Positions 1 through 8,661 of a stretch of DNA of 55,682 bases are shown piece by piece. Positions within the stretch are counted from its first letter, which is position 1. Each line of letters begins with the position of its first letter. The notes beneath the pieces were generated by a model, which had not been told where the DNA came from, made no database searches, and saw nothing but the letters and a program-made list of their open reading frames with translations. The DNA is taken from the IMG/VR virus record IMGVR_UViG_3300036850_000029, positions 1-55,682 of that record. One strand, given 5' to 3'. This stretch comes from a virus (Duplodnaviria; Caudoviricetes). The position numbers and the translations under genes are program-made.

Positions 1-227
1 TTCCACTTGTAAATGACGGATGCGATTCCAGGTATCAACAGCGTCATCCGAAGCTTCGCATACTCGCCGCGTTGAACGATCTGTTGCTTAGAGAGCTTGC
101 CGATCTCCCGTCGTCAGACCCTCAGTCGTCTGCCTCAGACGCCCCCGCTAAAACACCGCATCAAAGCCGTCCTAGAACAACGGTCGTGCGGACAACGCTG
201 ACGACGGGAGCTTGATTATGGCCGTAT
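1..227. repeat. Terminal direct repeat / circular overlap, copy 1
   Basis: Identical to 55456-55682 except G128 vs T55583. Confidence 0.97.
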
Positions 228-462
228 GAACAAGTTTATCTCACAACGAAACCACGAAACTGGAGAGATAGAGCAGATTGAAACGTTTGAGCTATGCTGC
301 CCTAGCTGTTTAAGACCAATTCGATGCATCGTGGACAGGGACTCTCCGCTTCATAGCTGGAAGGAAGAAGCTGAGTATTACCGAGACTTTTCTCACCAGC
401 TTTCCAAGCGACTGGCCTTTTCAGAGATGTTACTGAGGACAAAATTTAAGGGATTCCAATGA
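226..462 (+). CDS. Hypothetical protein with CxxC
   Basis: ORF continuing the operon from the 55260-55670 gene; CPSC motif. Confidence 0.6.
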   Translation: MNKFISQRNHETGEIEQIETFELCCPSCLRPIRCIVDRDSPLHSWKEEAEYYRDFSHQLSKRLAFSEMLLRTKFKGFQ

Positions 463-629
463 CCCCTGAACAAGAGAAGCAATACGCGGAGGTGTTTGAG
501 AAGGTGCAACAGAAGATAATGGAAACGCCTTGGATGCCACCGCTTCCTAAGTATCCGCCGCCCGGAGGCTGGATACAATTCGTCAATCCGCCTGAACCAC
601 CGAAAGAGGAAGGATCGCTTTGTGAGTGA
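459..629 (+). CDS. Small Pro-rich hypothetical protein (56 aa)
   Basis: Read by hand (MTPEQEKQY...); ATGA overlap with upstream stop, fills the gap. Confidence 0.55.
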   Translation: MTPEQEKQYAEVFEKVQQKIMETPWMPPLPKYPPPGGWIQFVNPPEPPKEEGSLCE

Positions 630-1587
630 CTTTGTAATCAAGGATGCAAGCCGACAAGGCGTTAAGCCGTTAATCGGCCTTTATTCAGAATCCGGCTGCG
701 GCAAGACCTATTCCGCGCTCTTGCTCGCCCGTGGGATTGTCGGGCCTTCTGGCAAGATCGTTCAGATCGACACCGAAGCAGGCCGTGGCGCTCTATATGC
801 CGACGTGATTCCAGGTGGCTACAAGACTCTTGAGATGAGCGAACCGTTCTCGCCCGCTCGCTACATCGCCGCTATTCAAGCCGCTGAACAGTCAGGAGCC
901 AAGATCGTCGTCATAGACTCAGCATCGCACGAATGGGAGGGTTTGGGAGGCGTGTTGGACATGGCTGCCGAAAGCGAGGCAAGGAGCGGTAAGGCTGGGC
1001 TTCACAACTGGAAGATTTGCAAAATGGAGCATTCAAAGATGATGCTCAAGCTGCTGCAATCACCATTGCCAATGATCGTTTGTTTGAGGGCAAAGTATAA
1101 GACTCGGCAGACAAAAGAAAACGGAAAAACGGTGATCGTGAAGGACGAGAACACGAGTCCCATACAGGATGAATCGTTCATCTTTGAGATGACAGCGCAC
1201 GCTGAGATTTTACAGGACCATTCCATTCGACTTACCAAGTGTTCGCATCCGGCGCTACGTTCCTGTTTCCCAGAGAAAGGGCCACTCACTGAGAAACACG
1301 GGGAAGCGATTGCAGCTTGGTGCAACGGTGGATCGAAGCCACAGGCTGCTGCGAAGGAACCTTCCGCAGCAGCCCAAGCCACCGAGAAGACACGCGCATG
1401 GGCGCTCGATCAATTGAAGGCTTACGATCCGGCGTTGTTGCAATCGTATTTCGAGCAAGTGGGATGGATATTGCCAACGGTCGAGACGGTGAACGAATGG
1501 CCTTTGTCAAAAGTCCCCACCAGCAAAGCTGCGATCACAGAGTTGATGGGTAAGATCGAACAATTCAGAGAAACAGGGAGCGTATGA
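622..1587 (+). CDS. AAA_24/Sak4-like ssDNA-annealing ATPase
   Basis: Walker A SESGCGKT, Walker B IVVIDS; adjacent to exonuclease. Confidence 0.8.
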   Translation: MSDFVIKDASRQGVKPLIGLYSESGCGKTYSALLLARGIVGPSGKIVQIDTEAGRGALYADVIPGGYKTLEMSEPFSPARYIAAIQAAEQSGAKIVVIDSASHEWEGLGGVLDMAAESEARSGKAGLHNWKICKMEHSKMMLKLLQSPLPMIVCLRAKYKTRQTKENGKTVIVKDENTSPIQDESFIFEMTAHAEILQDHSIRLTKCSHPALRSCFPEKGPLTEKHGEAIAAWCNGGSKPQAAAKEPSAAAQATEKTRAWALDQLKAYDPALLQSYFEQVGWILPTVETVNEWPLSKVPTSKAAITELMGKIEQFRETGSV

Positions 1588-2537
1588 CTGAACTCAAGAA
1601 CCCGTTCACGAACGCGAAGGTGATCGGCGCGAACACGGACCCTGATGCGTATCATCGTCCCAACGCCAAGCGCGGCGATCCTCAACTGTCCATGTCTCGA
1701 AGCGATCTGTGCGAGTTTGCTCGTAATCCGATTCGCTGGAGAAATGGCTATCGCTCTGAGGAAACCGATTCGACCTCGTGGGGTGGCCTGATTGATTCGT
1801 TGTTGCTCGAACCCGCCGACCGATTCGCCAAACGCTACGCCATCACGCCGCGCACCTACCCGGCACCGAAGACCCACGCGAAGGTCAAGTCCGGCGAGAT
1901 CAAGGAAGGCGATCCGCTCGATTGGACCGGGAACGCGACGTACTGCGCGAACTGGAAGGCTGCACAGAGCGGCAAGGAATTCGTCAAAGAGGACGATTAC
2001 GAAAGGGCTAAAACGGCTCGTGAAACTGTCTTCGAGCATGAATCTGTGGAAGACGTTTTGTTCGACGCGGATCTTCAAGTCATGGTCGTCGCCGAATACC
2101 ACGACAAAGACACCGGAATCCTTGTTCCCGTCAAGGGACTGATCGACATCGTGCCATCACTATCTGACACAGCGACAGGCAAGATGTTGATCGACTTCAA
2201 GACCTGCACCAATGCCGCAATGCACGTTTGGGAAAAGTCCTGCTTCACCTACGGGTATCACGTTCAAGCCGCGATGTATCTCGACCTTTACACGGCTGCC
2301 ACTGGCGACGATCGAAACACGTTCGCTCACATCATCCAGGAATCGTTCGAGCCGTTCCATGTCGAGAAGCGCATTCTATCGCAGGAATTCGTTGAGCTTG
2401 GACGCCACCAGTATATCACCGCGCTCAAGCAATACTGTCAGTGCCTCAAGACGGGCGAGTGGCCCGGTTATCCGGCGAGGACTGTGATTAACGGTTGGGG
2501 GCTTACCGAACCGGCTGCGTGGATGCTTGGCGTATGA
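1584..2537 (+). CDS. RecE/ExoVIII-like PD-(D/E)XK exonuclease
   Basis: KGLID...LIDFKT...YGYHVQAAMY motifs. Confidence 0.85.
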   Translation: MTELKNPFTNAKVIGANTDPDAYHRPNAKRGDPQLSMSRSDLCEFARNPIRWRNGYRSEETDSTSWGGLIDSLLLEPADRFAKRYAITPRTYPAPKTHAKVKSGEIKEGDPLDWTGNATYCANWKAAQSGKEFVKEDDYERAKTARETVFEHESVEDVLFDADLQVMVVAEYHDKDTGILVPVKGLIDIVPSLSDTATGKMLIDFKTCTNAAMHVWEKSCFTYGYHVQAAMYLDLYTAATGDDRNTFAHIIQESFEPFHVEKRILSQEFVELGRHQYITALKQYCQCLKTGEWPGYPARTVINGWGLTEPAAWMLGV

Positions 2538-2833
2538 CCCCTATCCAGACCGTCAAGAAGGTTGTCTGCAAGAGATACGGCGTGACTGATGCGCAGTTGT
2601 GCTGGAAGACGCGAGGGCCGAAAGAATGGTCGTGGCCGCGACAGGTTGCCATGTGGATTTGCGTGAGACAGGAACTTGGCAGCCACGAAGAAATCGCCAG
2701 TTCGTTCAACAGAATATGGAACGACACGGTGTATGCCTACAACAAGGTTCAGTCCGACGTGATGAACTACCCGTTCCTCAGAAAAGAAGTCGATGACGTG
2801 CTGAATTTGGCAATCAACGAAATGGAATTATGA
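2534..2833 (+). CDS. Stand-alone DnaA domain IV-like HTH protein
   Basis: VCKRYGVT..L..KTR...PRQVAMW...EIASSFNR pattern of the DnaA C-terminal domain. Confidence 0.7.
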   Translation: MTPIQTVKKVVCKRYGVTDAQLCWKTRGPKEWSWPRQVAMWICVRQELGSHEEIASSFNRIWNDTVYAYNKVQSDVMNYPFLRKEVDDVLNLAINEMEL

Positions 2834-3102
2834 TACCAGCGAAAGATTTTGCGGAACATATTTTAGGGCTTTGTTCGGCTGGAAACATGAGCGATTTGTT
2901 GCTTCCAGAACTCACTGTTTTAGTGCAGCGGATTCAACAGGACGCCCTTGATAAAAACGGCGCGATGACAAAATGCTCCGTCCAAAGACTGGAAGCGTGG
3001 ATGAAGGAAATAACAGACGTTCTGTGTTACCAACCAGACATCCCAATGGATCACAAGACGTGCATAGTTAATGCGCTTAAACTATTCCAAAACGAGATAT
3101 GA
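2830..3102 (+). CDS. Hypothetical protein, paralog of next gene
   Basis: Coupled ORF; shared N-terminal pattern. Confidence 0.65.
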   Translation: MIPAKDFAEHILGLCSAGNMSDLLLPELTVLVQRIQQDALDKNGAMTKCSVQRLEAWMKEITDVLCYQPDIPMDHKTCIVNALKLFQNEI

Positions 3103-3458
3103 AACCTGCATCTGAATGGACCGATCATATATCTGGCTTGATAGATTGCTTTATTCCGACACACATGGTGGGTATCTATAACGAGGAACTTGCGAACATC
3201 GTTCGCCGTATTCAAGAGGACGCGCTGAACACCGAAGCTGCGAATCACACGAGTATGATTCGTTGCTGCAATCACACAGCGTTGCTCGATTGGGCGGCTG
3301 GTATTTGCGAAGGCATAGTCTCCGTGCAGGTCGGAAGTTCTGTTACTTTGCATCAGGCCCAAGAATGGTTGCGGTCTTACCATTACGAAAAGGATCGTTA
3401 CGTGGTTGTTACGCAAAAAGGTTACACACATGAAACCAAGACGATGGAGATCAAATAG
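3099..3458 (+). CDS. Hypothetical protein, paralog of previous gene
   Basis: Coupled ORF; shared N-terminal pattern. Confidence 0.65.
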   Translation: MKPASEWTDHISGLIDCFIPTHMVGIYNEELANIVRRIQEDALNTEAANHTSMIRCCNHTALLDWAAGICEGIVSVQVGSSVTLHQAQEWLRSYHYEKDRYVVVTQKGYTHETKTMEIK

Positions 3459-3702
3459 ACGAAAACCGCCGCGTCCTGCGTGGTACGATATACGCGATTT
3501 ACGCACTGGCGAGATTTCTTTTGCAGTTTGGATGCGTAACTCGTTCTGGATTCCAGAAAAAACAGGAATGTACAGCTACCTCATCACTGGCCTTTCCGAT
3601 TATCATTGGCGCGGCCCAATTCGTGGGATCTCGGCAGACGACAGGAAGAACTATCCGTTTTTGAAACCCAAACCAACATTCATCGTGAAGTTGGGAATGT
3701 GA
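3430..3702 (+). CDS. Hypothetical protein
   Basis: ORF in tightly packed operon. Confidence 0.55.
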   Translation: MKPRRWRSNRRKPPRPAWYDIRDLRTGEISFAVWMRNSFWIPEKTGMYSYLITGLSDYHWRGPIRGISADDRKNYPFLKPKPTFIVKLGM

Positions 3703-3706
3703 CGCT

Positions 3707-3892
3707 ATGAAGATCAAAAGCGCAGGAGAAAACGCAGACCACCGAGAGTGCGTTGTATATTACATAGTGTTCGATAGCGTAGGGCAGATTCCAATCGCCA
3801 TGTTCCTTGAACAGGAAGACGCCATTAATTGGGTGAACAAGCAACAACCAAACTGCTGGATCGACGCGTTCGCTTTGAACGTGAAAGTGTGA
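3707..3892 (+). CDS. Hypothetical protein
   Basis: ORF in operon. Confidence 0.55.
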   Translation: MKIKSAGENADHRECVVYYIVFDSVGQIPIAMFLEQEDAINWVNKQQPNCWIDAFALNVKV

Positions 3893-3895
3893 CCT

Positions 3896-4069
3896 ATGTA
3901 TTTCGCGATGATCATGTGGAAGGACAGAGAAGTCGGCCCTGTCACGCCCGAAAACGGAGATGGCGCGAAGCTTTGGGCCACTCGACAAGAGGCAGAGAAA
4001 GCTATCAAAGAAATGCCGCTATCAAAGTCCAAAGAAATCCGAATCTTCGACTTGGACAACTGCGAATGA
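3896..4069 (+). CDS. Hypothetical protein (57 aa)
   Basis: Read by hand (MYFAMIMWKD...); stop overlaps next ATG. Confidence 0.55.
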   Translation: MYFAMIMWKDREVGPVTPENGDGAKLWATRQEAEKAIKEMPLSKSKEIRIFDLDNCE

Positions 4070-4323
4070 TCGACGTGCCACATATTGCAAAGAACGCGGA
4101 CGGGTTCCCGATGGAAGTTCCTTGTTGGGATACCGTCAAAGAGTCTAGAAGCCAGTTCAAAGCGTTACTCTGGTGCTCGCGTGGTCACGTTTGTACGATC
4201 TGTGGTCATGAACACACGATTTCAGATGACGGAACGGTTTCTCCGTCGTGCGTCTGCCCTAGAGAAGGTTGCACGTTTCACGAATTTGTAAGGCTCGTTG
4301 GGTGGGAGAATCGAAATGAATAA
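4066..4323 (+). CDS. Cys/His-rich probable Zn-binding protein
   Basis: CSRGH...HTI..DGTVSPS..C..GC.FH pattern. Confidence 0.6.
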   Translation: MIDVPHIAKNADGFPMEVPCWDTVKESRSQFKALLWCSRGHVCTICGHEHTISDDGTVSPSCVCPREGCTFHEFVRLVGWENRNE

Positions 4324-4522
4324 TCGAGTCTGTATTGTTTGCGGTGCCAGGGTGACGAACATGAACCCAAAGGCAAATACATGCTCAAGTCGATGCACGC
4401 GCAAACGCGATGGTAAGCCCGATCTGGAAATCATATTCAATCACTGTTTGGTCTGCCAAAGTCCGATTGAGGATAATGCAACACATTGCAATTCCTGTGG
4501 GGCAAATGATTTTGAACAATGA
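4316..4522 (+). CDS. Zinc-ribbon protein
   Basis: Four CxxC/CxxxC pairs. Confidence 0.6.
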   Translation: MNNRVCIVCGARVTNMNPKANTCSSRCTRKRDGKPDLEIIFNHCLVCQSPIEDNATHCNSCGANDFEQ

Positions 4523-4704
4523 AAATTAAATTTGAACCTCGCGACACCTGGGTGGGTATCTTTTGGGATCGAGCCGGGCGCGTCACGACACTGGAAACAG
4601 ACAGACAGTATTATCGAGTGTATGTCTGCATCGTGCCATGTCTCCCGATAATCTTCACGGTGTCTCGAAACATCCCAAAACACCGAAGATATGAAAACTG
4701 GTAG
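4519..4704 (+). CDS. Hypothetical protein
   Basis: Coupled ORF. Confidence 0.55.
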   Translation: MKIKFEPRDTWVGIFWDRAGRVTTLETDRQYYRVYVCIVPCLPIIFTVSRNIPKHRRYENW

Positions 4705-4794
4705 GAGGAATGAAATCTCCGATCATGCACACGATAATTTGGTTGTAACCCAACTCGAATCTGTTAGCGTCTGATCTACTGTTACTGTTTGTAG

Positions 4795-4954
4795 GCTGCC
4801 AAGCCGCTGGACACGGCTATAATAAAAAACACTCATGCGAGTTAATCAAATTCCCAAAGCACGACTGGAAGAGGGGTTTTCGATGCGCCGCCCGGCGTCG
4901 TCGGCTTTTTCCCTGTCCAATCCGGTCGTGCCTTGGGGCTTTGATTATCCATGA
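4795..4954 (+). promoter_or_regulatory. Structured leader with 39-codon uORF (4835-4954) coupled to the initiator gene
   Basis: Stem 4844-4869/4921-4946; uORF TGA overlaps ATG 4951. Confidence 0.55.
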
Positions 4955-5727
4955 AACTCTACAGAATCCGAGACTGGCAGGAGTTGTACGAGAACAACCG
5001 ATCACGCACTGTTAAGGATCTTTCGTGGGTGGCGATTCCAAATCGGCACGACGGCGAGAACTACACCATGATTATGAGCCACAAACGAGGCTCAGAAATC
5101 TTCTCCGCGTTCATCCTCATGGTCGAAGTAGCCTCCAAATGCAGGCCCAGGGGAACCCTCATCCGAGACAACGGAAAACCCCATAACCCGATCAGTCTAT
5201 CACTCAAATGCAGGTGCCCGGCATCTTGGTTTGAAATCGCCATCGAATATCTGTCTGAGAACACAGATTGGCTTGAATTTGAGGACATTGCATCAGGGTG
5301 TCAGGAGCCTGTCAGCGCCCTGTCAGCGTCCTGTCAGGCAGGTGACGAAGAAGGGAAGGGAATGGAAAGGAAAGAATTGAATGGAAAGAATGGAACGTAT
5401 CCGCCCGAAAGCCGCGTCGCACTTTACTTCCTCAATGAGCAATCAGGACGCAACTTCAGAGAGACGGCTGAGAACCTTGGGTTCATAACAGCAAGGCTTA
5501 AAGAGGATGGGGTGGACATCGAAGGGGTTAAGAAGATGATTGTTCGTCAATGTTCCATTTGGAAAGGGACGGCACAGGCCGAATATCTACGTCCGCAGAC
5601 GCTCTTTAACGCCACCAAATTCGATGCCTACTACGCAGCCAAGGATGTTCCCGTTCAAACCTCGTTACCGATCCAGAAAACTGAATCCAAACAAATCCAG
5701 GAAACCATCAACGTTCCAACCTTATGA
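4951..5727 (+). CDS. Phage replication initiator (lambda O-like organisation, conserved phage C-terminal domain)
   Basis: C-terminal LNEQSGRNFR...ARLKE...YLRPQTLF..TKFDAY; internal iterons; upstream of DnaC-like gene. Confidence 0.8.
   Translation: MKLYRIRDWQELYENNRSRTVKDLSWVAIPNRHDGENYTMIMSHKRGSEIFSAFILMVEVASKCRPRGTLIRDNGKPHNPISLSLKCRCPASWFEIAIEYLSENTDWLEFEDIASGCQEPVSALSASCQAGDEEGKGMERKELNGKNGTYPPESRVALYFLNEQSGRNFRETAENLGFITARLKEDGVDIEGVKKMIVRQCSIWKGTAQAEYLRPQTLFNATKFDAYYAAKDVPVQTSLPIQKTESKQIQETINVPTL
5299..5395 (+). repeat. Putative origin: 4x TGTCAG iterons plus purine tract
   Basis: TGTCAG at 5299, 5310, 5321, 5332 (11-bp period), then an A/G-rich tract. Confidence 0.7.
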
Positions 5728-6440
5728 ATGAAATCGTTACCCCAAGCGAAGTCCTTGATCCGTTCCTCGCGAAGATGAAGGCAATCGAAGATTCCATGAC
5801 GCCTGAACAAAGGGCCGCTCGCGAGGCTCGATATGAGGAGTCCAAACGGCGTGATTATGAAATGAAGGTGAACCAGTTCAGGTACGATTGGGGCGCTCCT
5901 AAGCGGCACGTTGAAACTGCCACGGTCAAAGAAGGGCCGTGGGGTGAGAAATACAGATCCATCGCCGCAATGCTGGGCAGCGGGTTCATGATCGCCCTGA
6001 TTGGTGGCCGTGGCAGCGGGAAAACCCAAATGGCTGTGCAATTGATGAAGCACGCAACCGCCAAGCTCACTTCAGCCAAGTTCATCACCGCCGTTCAGTT
6101 CTTCATGGAAATCAAAGAAACCTACAAACGCGACTGCGATAGCGCCGAGAACGACATTCTCGAAAAGTTCTCACGCCCGTCACTGCTCGTCATCGACGAA
6201 ATCGGCAAGCGCGGCGGGTCCGACTGGGAAAACAACCTTCTCTTTGAACTTCTGAACCGACGTTACAACGACATGAAAGACACCATCATGATCGACAACC
6301 GCTCAAAAGCTGACTTCATCGAAACCATAGGGCCATCAATCGCCAGCCGTATGTCCGAAAACGGCGGTATCATCGAGTGCAACTGGCAATCCTTCCGTAA
6401 CCCCGAAGAATCAAAGAAAACCCCGCAAATCCATTCCTGA
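5724..6440 (+). CDS. DnaC/IstB-like helicase loader ATPase
   Basis: GGRGSGKT, LLVIDEIG, LLNRRY, IASRM. Confidence 0.88.
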   Translation: MNEIVTPSEVLDPFLAKMKAIEDSMTPEQRAAREARYEESKRRDYEMKVNQFRYDWGAPKRHVETATVKEGPWGEKYRSIAAMLGSGFMIALIGGRGSGKTQMAVQLMKHATAKLTSAKFITAVQFFMEIKETYKRDCDSAENDILEKFSRPSLLVIDEIGKRGGSDWENNLLFELLNRRYNDMKDTIMIDNRSKADFIETIGPSIASRMSENGGIIECNWQSFRNPEESKKTPQIHS

Positions 6441-6445
6441 GTCGA

Positions 6446-6916
6446 TTACGGCCCATTCCTACGCCTCGCCGCCAACCGATCAAACGTCCCCTCATCCCCA
6501 CGCTCCATGGCCTTCACCGCCGCCGCCTCACCGTTCAGCGGCTTCCCCCGCTTCCTCAATCGCTCTTTCCTCTTCGCGTCCCGATTATATGCCCTCCTGG
6601 CTTCCTCGTCCCTGATCGACCGATAATGCTGGTAGTTCGTGATAATCCAACCCCAGTCCCGATGGCTGTCCAAAACCATCAACCGCCTTCCCTCGTGCGC
6701 GTGTGACCGGCTTCGTGGATCTGGCTTCATCAACTCAATCAAACAAGCCTTCACCTTCGGCAACGGTAAATTGATCCTCCGCGCTATCGCTTCCGGCGTC
6801 ATGTCCACCACCCCGTCCACGTCCGCCAGCTTCAGCATGTCCTCAAAAAAATGGCGCACCTCGTAATTCTCGGCAATGCTGGAATCGAAGATTTGCGCGA
6901 ACACTTTCACGAACAT
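6446..6916 (-). CDS. Second initiator-like winged-helix protein (N-terminal domain only)
   Basis: MFVKVF.QIFDSSI...ADVDGVV...PDPRSRS..HEGRRL...GW.I.NY..YR pattern of phage replisome-organiser N-termini. Confidence 0.6.
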   Translation of the reverse strand: MFVKVFAQIFDSSIAENYEVRHFFEDMLKLADVDGVVDMTPEAIARRINLPLPKVKACLIELMKPDPRSRSHAHEGRRLMVLDSHRDWGWIITNYQHYRSIRDEEARRAYNRDAKRKERLRKRGKPLNGEAAAVKAMERGDEGTFDRLAARRRNGP

Positions 6917-6924
6917 TCTCCAAT

Positions 6925-7010
6925 GTTGACAGCCACTTCATCCATTTGTCAATGACAAGTTTGACAGTCAGCAATGTCAGCCCATGCAGAAGGAGAAGAA
7001 GAAGGCGAAA
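6925..7010. repeat. TGACA/TGTCA cluster incl. palindrome TTGTCA-A-TGACAA, followed by GAAG-rich tract
   Basis: Five TGACA/TGTCA words within ~55 bp; palindrome 6946-6958. Confidence 0.65.
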
Positions 7011-7355
7011 AAAACGAACTCCAAAATTCCAGATTTCTTCAGAGAGGCGTATATCGTAGCACCCAGGTATTCGTGCGGGCCTACCGGGTGCACCCCGTGG
7101 GGACGGTCCAGGAAAAAAGGGGGGTCCAAGGCCATTGATGCGCACAATTCACAATTATATTCAATTCATAACGTTGTGGTTACAATGACTTACACAACTT
7201 GTGCTTTAGTGAACGTTAACGCAAATCGGGATTCGGATCGGAAACACCACAAGACGCCCCATGGCGAGCCGGGATGAAGATCCGCCACTGGATGGTGGTT
7301 TGGGCTTGAAATGTGGCTTCTGGGGCCTATCTTGGCGCAAAGAATGGCACTCCTG

Positions 7356-7877
7356 ATGGAAGATCAAACGACAGTTGCGCCTCGTGGTTGGGATATGGCG
7401 ATTGATCCAGCGATTTGGGCTAAGGTCAGAGAGAGATACGTGAAAGGCGATAGACTTACTGTACTTTCGGACGAGTTTGGGTTGAAATACGGGACGGTAT
7501 CGAAGAAGGCGCAACAGGAGGGTTGGCGGAAACTACGCGAGGAATACGAGGAGAACAGCCGGAAAGCGGTAACAACGCCAGAGATTGAATTGCGCAATCG
7601 AGCAACGATTGAGAGGGCCTTGGGGCCGCAAGACGATTACATTGAGCAGGTATCGAACTATCGGGCGTCTGCTGAGGTATTGAGACGGGAGTTTGAAGCG
7701 ACGCAAGAGGAGTTGAAAGATCCACCGGCGGATGTGAAAGATCGAGTAGCGTTGAGACGAACATTGATTCAGTTGCACGAGCGGATTCAAGAGGCTCTAT
7801 CCATCCCATCTGTGAAGCCTGTTGAACTTCGGCAATCTGGCAGTGAGAAGCGAACACCGGCGATTCCTCTTGGCTGA
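7356..7877 (+). CDS. terS: Terminase small subunit-like HTH protein
   Basis: W.KVRERYVKG..L..LS.EFG..YGTV.KKAQQEGW...R..Y HTH plus coiled coil; start uncertain (7344/7356). Confidence 0.6.
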   Translation: MEDQTTVAPRGWDMAIDPAIWAKVRERYVKGDRLTVLSDEFGLKYGTVSKKAQQEGWRKLREEYEENSRKAVTTPEIELRNRATIERALGPQDDYIEQVSNYRASAEVLRREFEATQEELKDPPADVKDRVALRRTLIQLHERIQEALSIPSVKPVELRQSGSEKRTPAIPLG

Positions 7878-8004
7878 TTCGAGCATACTTATTTGTTATG
7901 CTCGGATGATGGACTTCGTTTGTAATCTTCAATGATGACGGCCTTATGCTGAGTATTAGTCTCACGAATGGGCTGTTTTTTGGACACACTGACAAAATAA
8001 GTGA

Positions 8005-8033
8005 TTGCGTTGCGTTCTGTGTCGTGTATGGTT
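8005..8033 (+). promoter_or_regulatory. Sigma70-like promoter of rightward early array
   Basis: TTGCGT-N17-TATGGT. Confidence 0.45.
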
Positions 8034-8079
8034 GCATCACTTCGAGGATGAACTTCGGGGTGAACAACGGGAACAAATT

Positions 8080-8277
8080 ATGAGAACAAAAACAGAATGG
8101 AAGAAGATTCCGAGCGTGACCAGGCCGGGGAGATATTTCTACCGGTCGGGCAAGGTGACAGTTCGACAGTCGTTCATGACTGGGGATTGGAGTTATCAAC
8201 GGGAAGGGTCAATTGAGGTGGGAGGTTTTAAGACTCCCGATGAAGCTAAGGCTGCGGCGGATTTGATGGCGCAGTAA
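8080..8277 (+). CDS. Hypothetical early protein
   Basis: ORF after promoter. Confidence 0.6.
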   Translation: MRTKTEWKKIPSVTRPGRYFYRSGKVTVRQSFMTGDWSYQREGSIEVGGFKTPDEAKAAADLMAQ

Positions 8278-8304
8278 TTTGGGCAGTGAAACAAGAACAA
8301 GGAA

Positions 8305-8661
8305 ATGGAAACTATGAGAACGACAAAAGACGACCGGCGGTTTTACGATGAGCAGCTAAAAATGGCTCGTCAACTATTGGCTCGGAAGGGGTTGGATGGG
8401 CTGGAAAATCCGCACGCAATGACGGGTCGGAAATGTGGCTGCGGGGATTGTTTTTGTTGCGCGGCGCTTGCTGTATTCAACGCGGCGCATGGCAGCCCGA
8501 AAATCTACTGGCGGGACCTTGACGCAAGCATTGATGTGATTGCGCGTGGAGCAGAATACCGAACAACAGGGGGAAGTCTGGTGTTTTGGATGGGGCATGA
8601 GGCAACGGAGGCAATGAACTATCTGGACGGGCGTACGGCAGAAAGGAGCGCAGCACGATGA
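8305..8661 (+). CDS. Hypothetical early protein (CGCGDCFCC)
   Basis: ORF with AAGGA RBS. Confidence 0.6.
   Translation: METMRTTKDDRRFYDEQLKMARQLLARKGLDGLENPHAMTGRKCGCGDCFCCAALAVFNAAHGSPKIYWRDLDASIDVIARGAEYRTTGGSLVFWMGHEATEAMNYLDGRTAERSAAR

Noticed and set aside
459-629. PPGGW motif shared with the 38961 protein
   Set aside because: Too short and Pro-rich to be significant
1422-2102. Long minus-strand ORFs here and at 7456-8199, 41724-44042, and plus-strand ORFs at 19242-21081, 28920-29630
   Set aside because: Antisense to well-supported genes
6984-7277. 97-aa plus-strand ORF
   Set aside because: Low-complexity translation of a probable origin/pac region; no RBS
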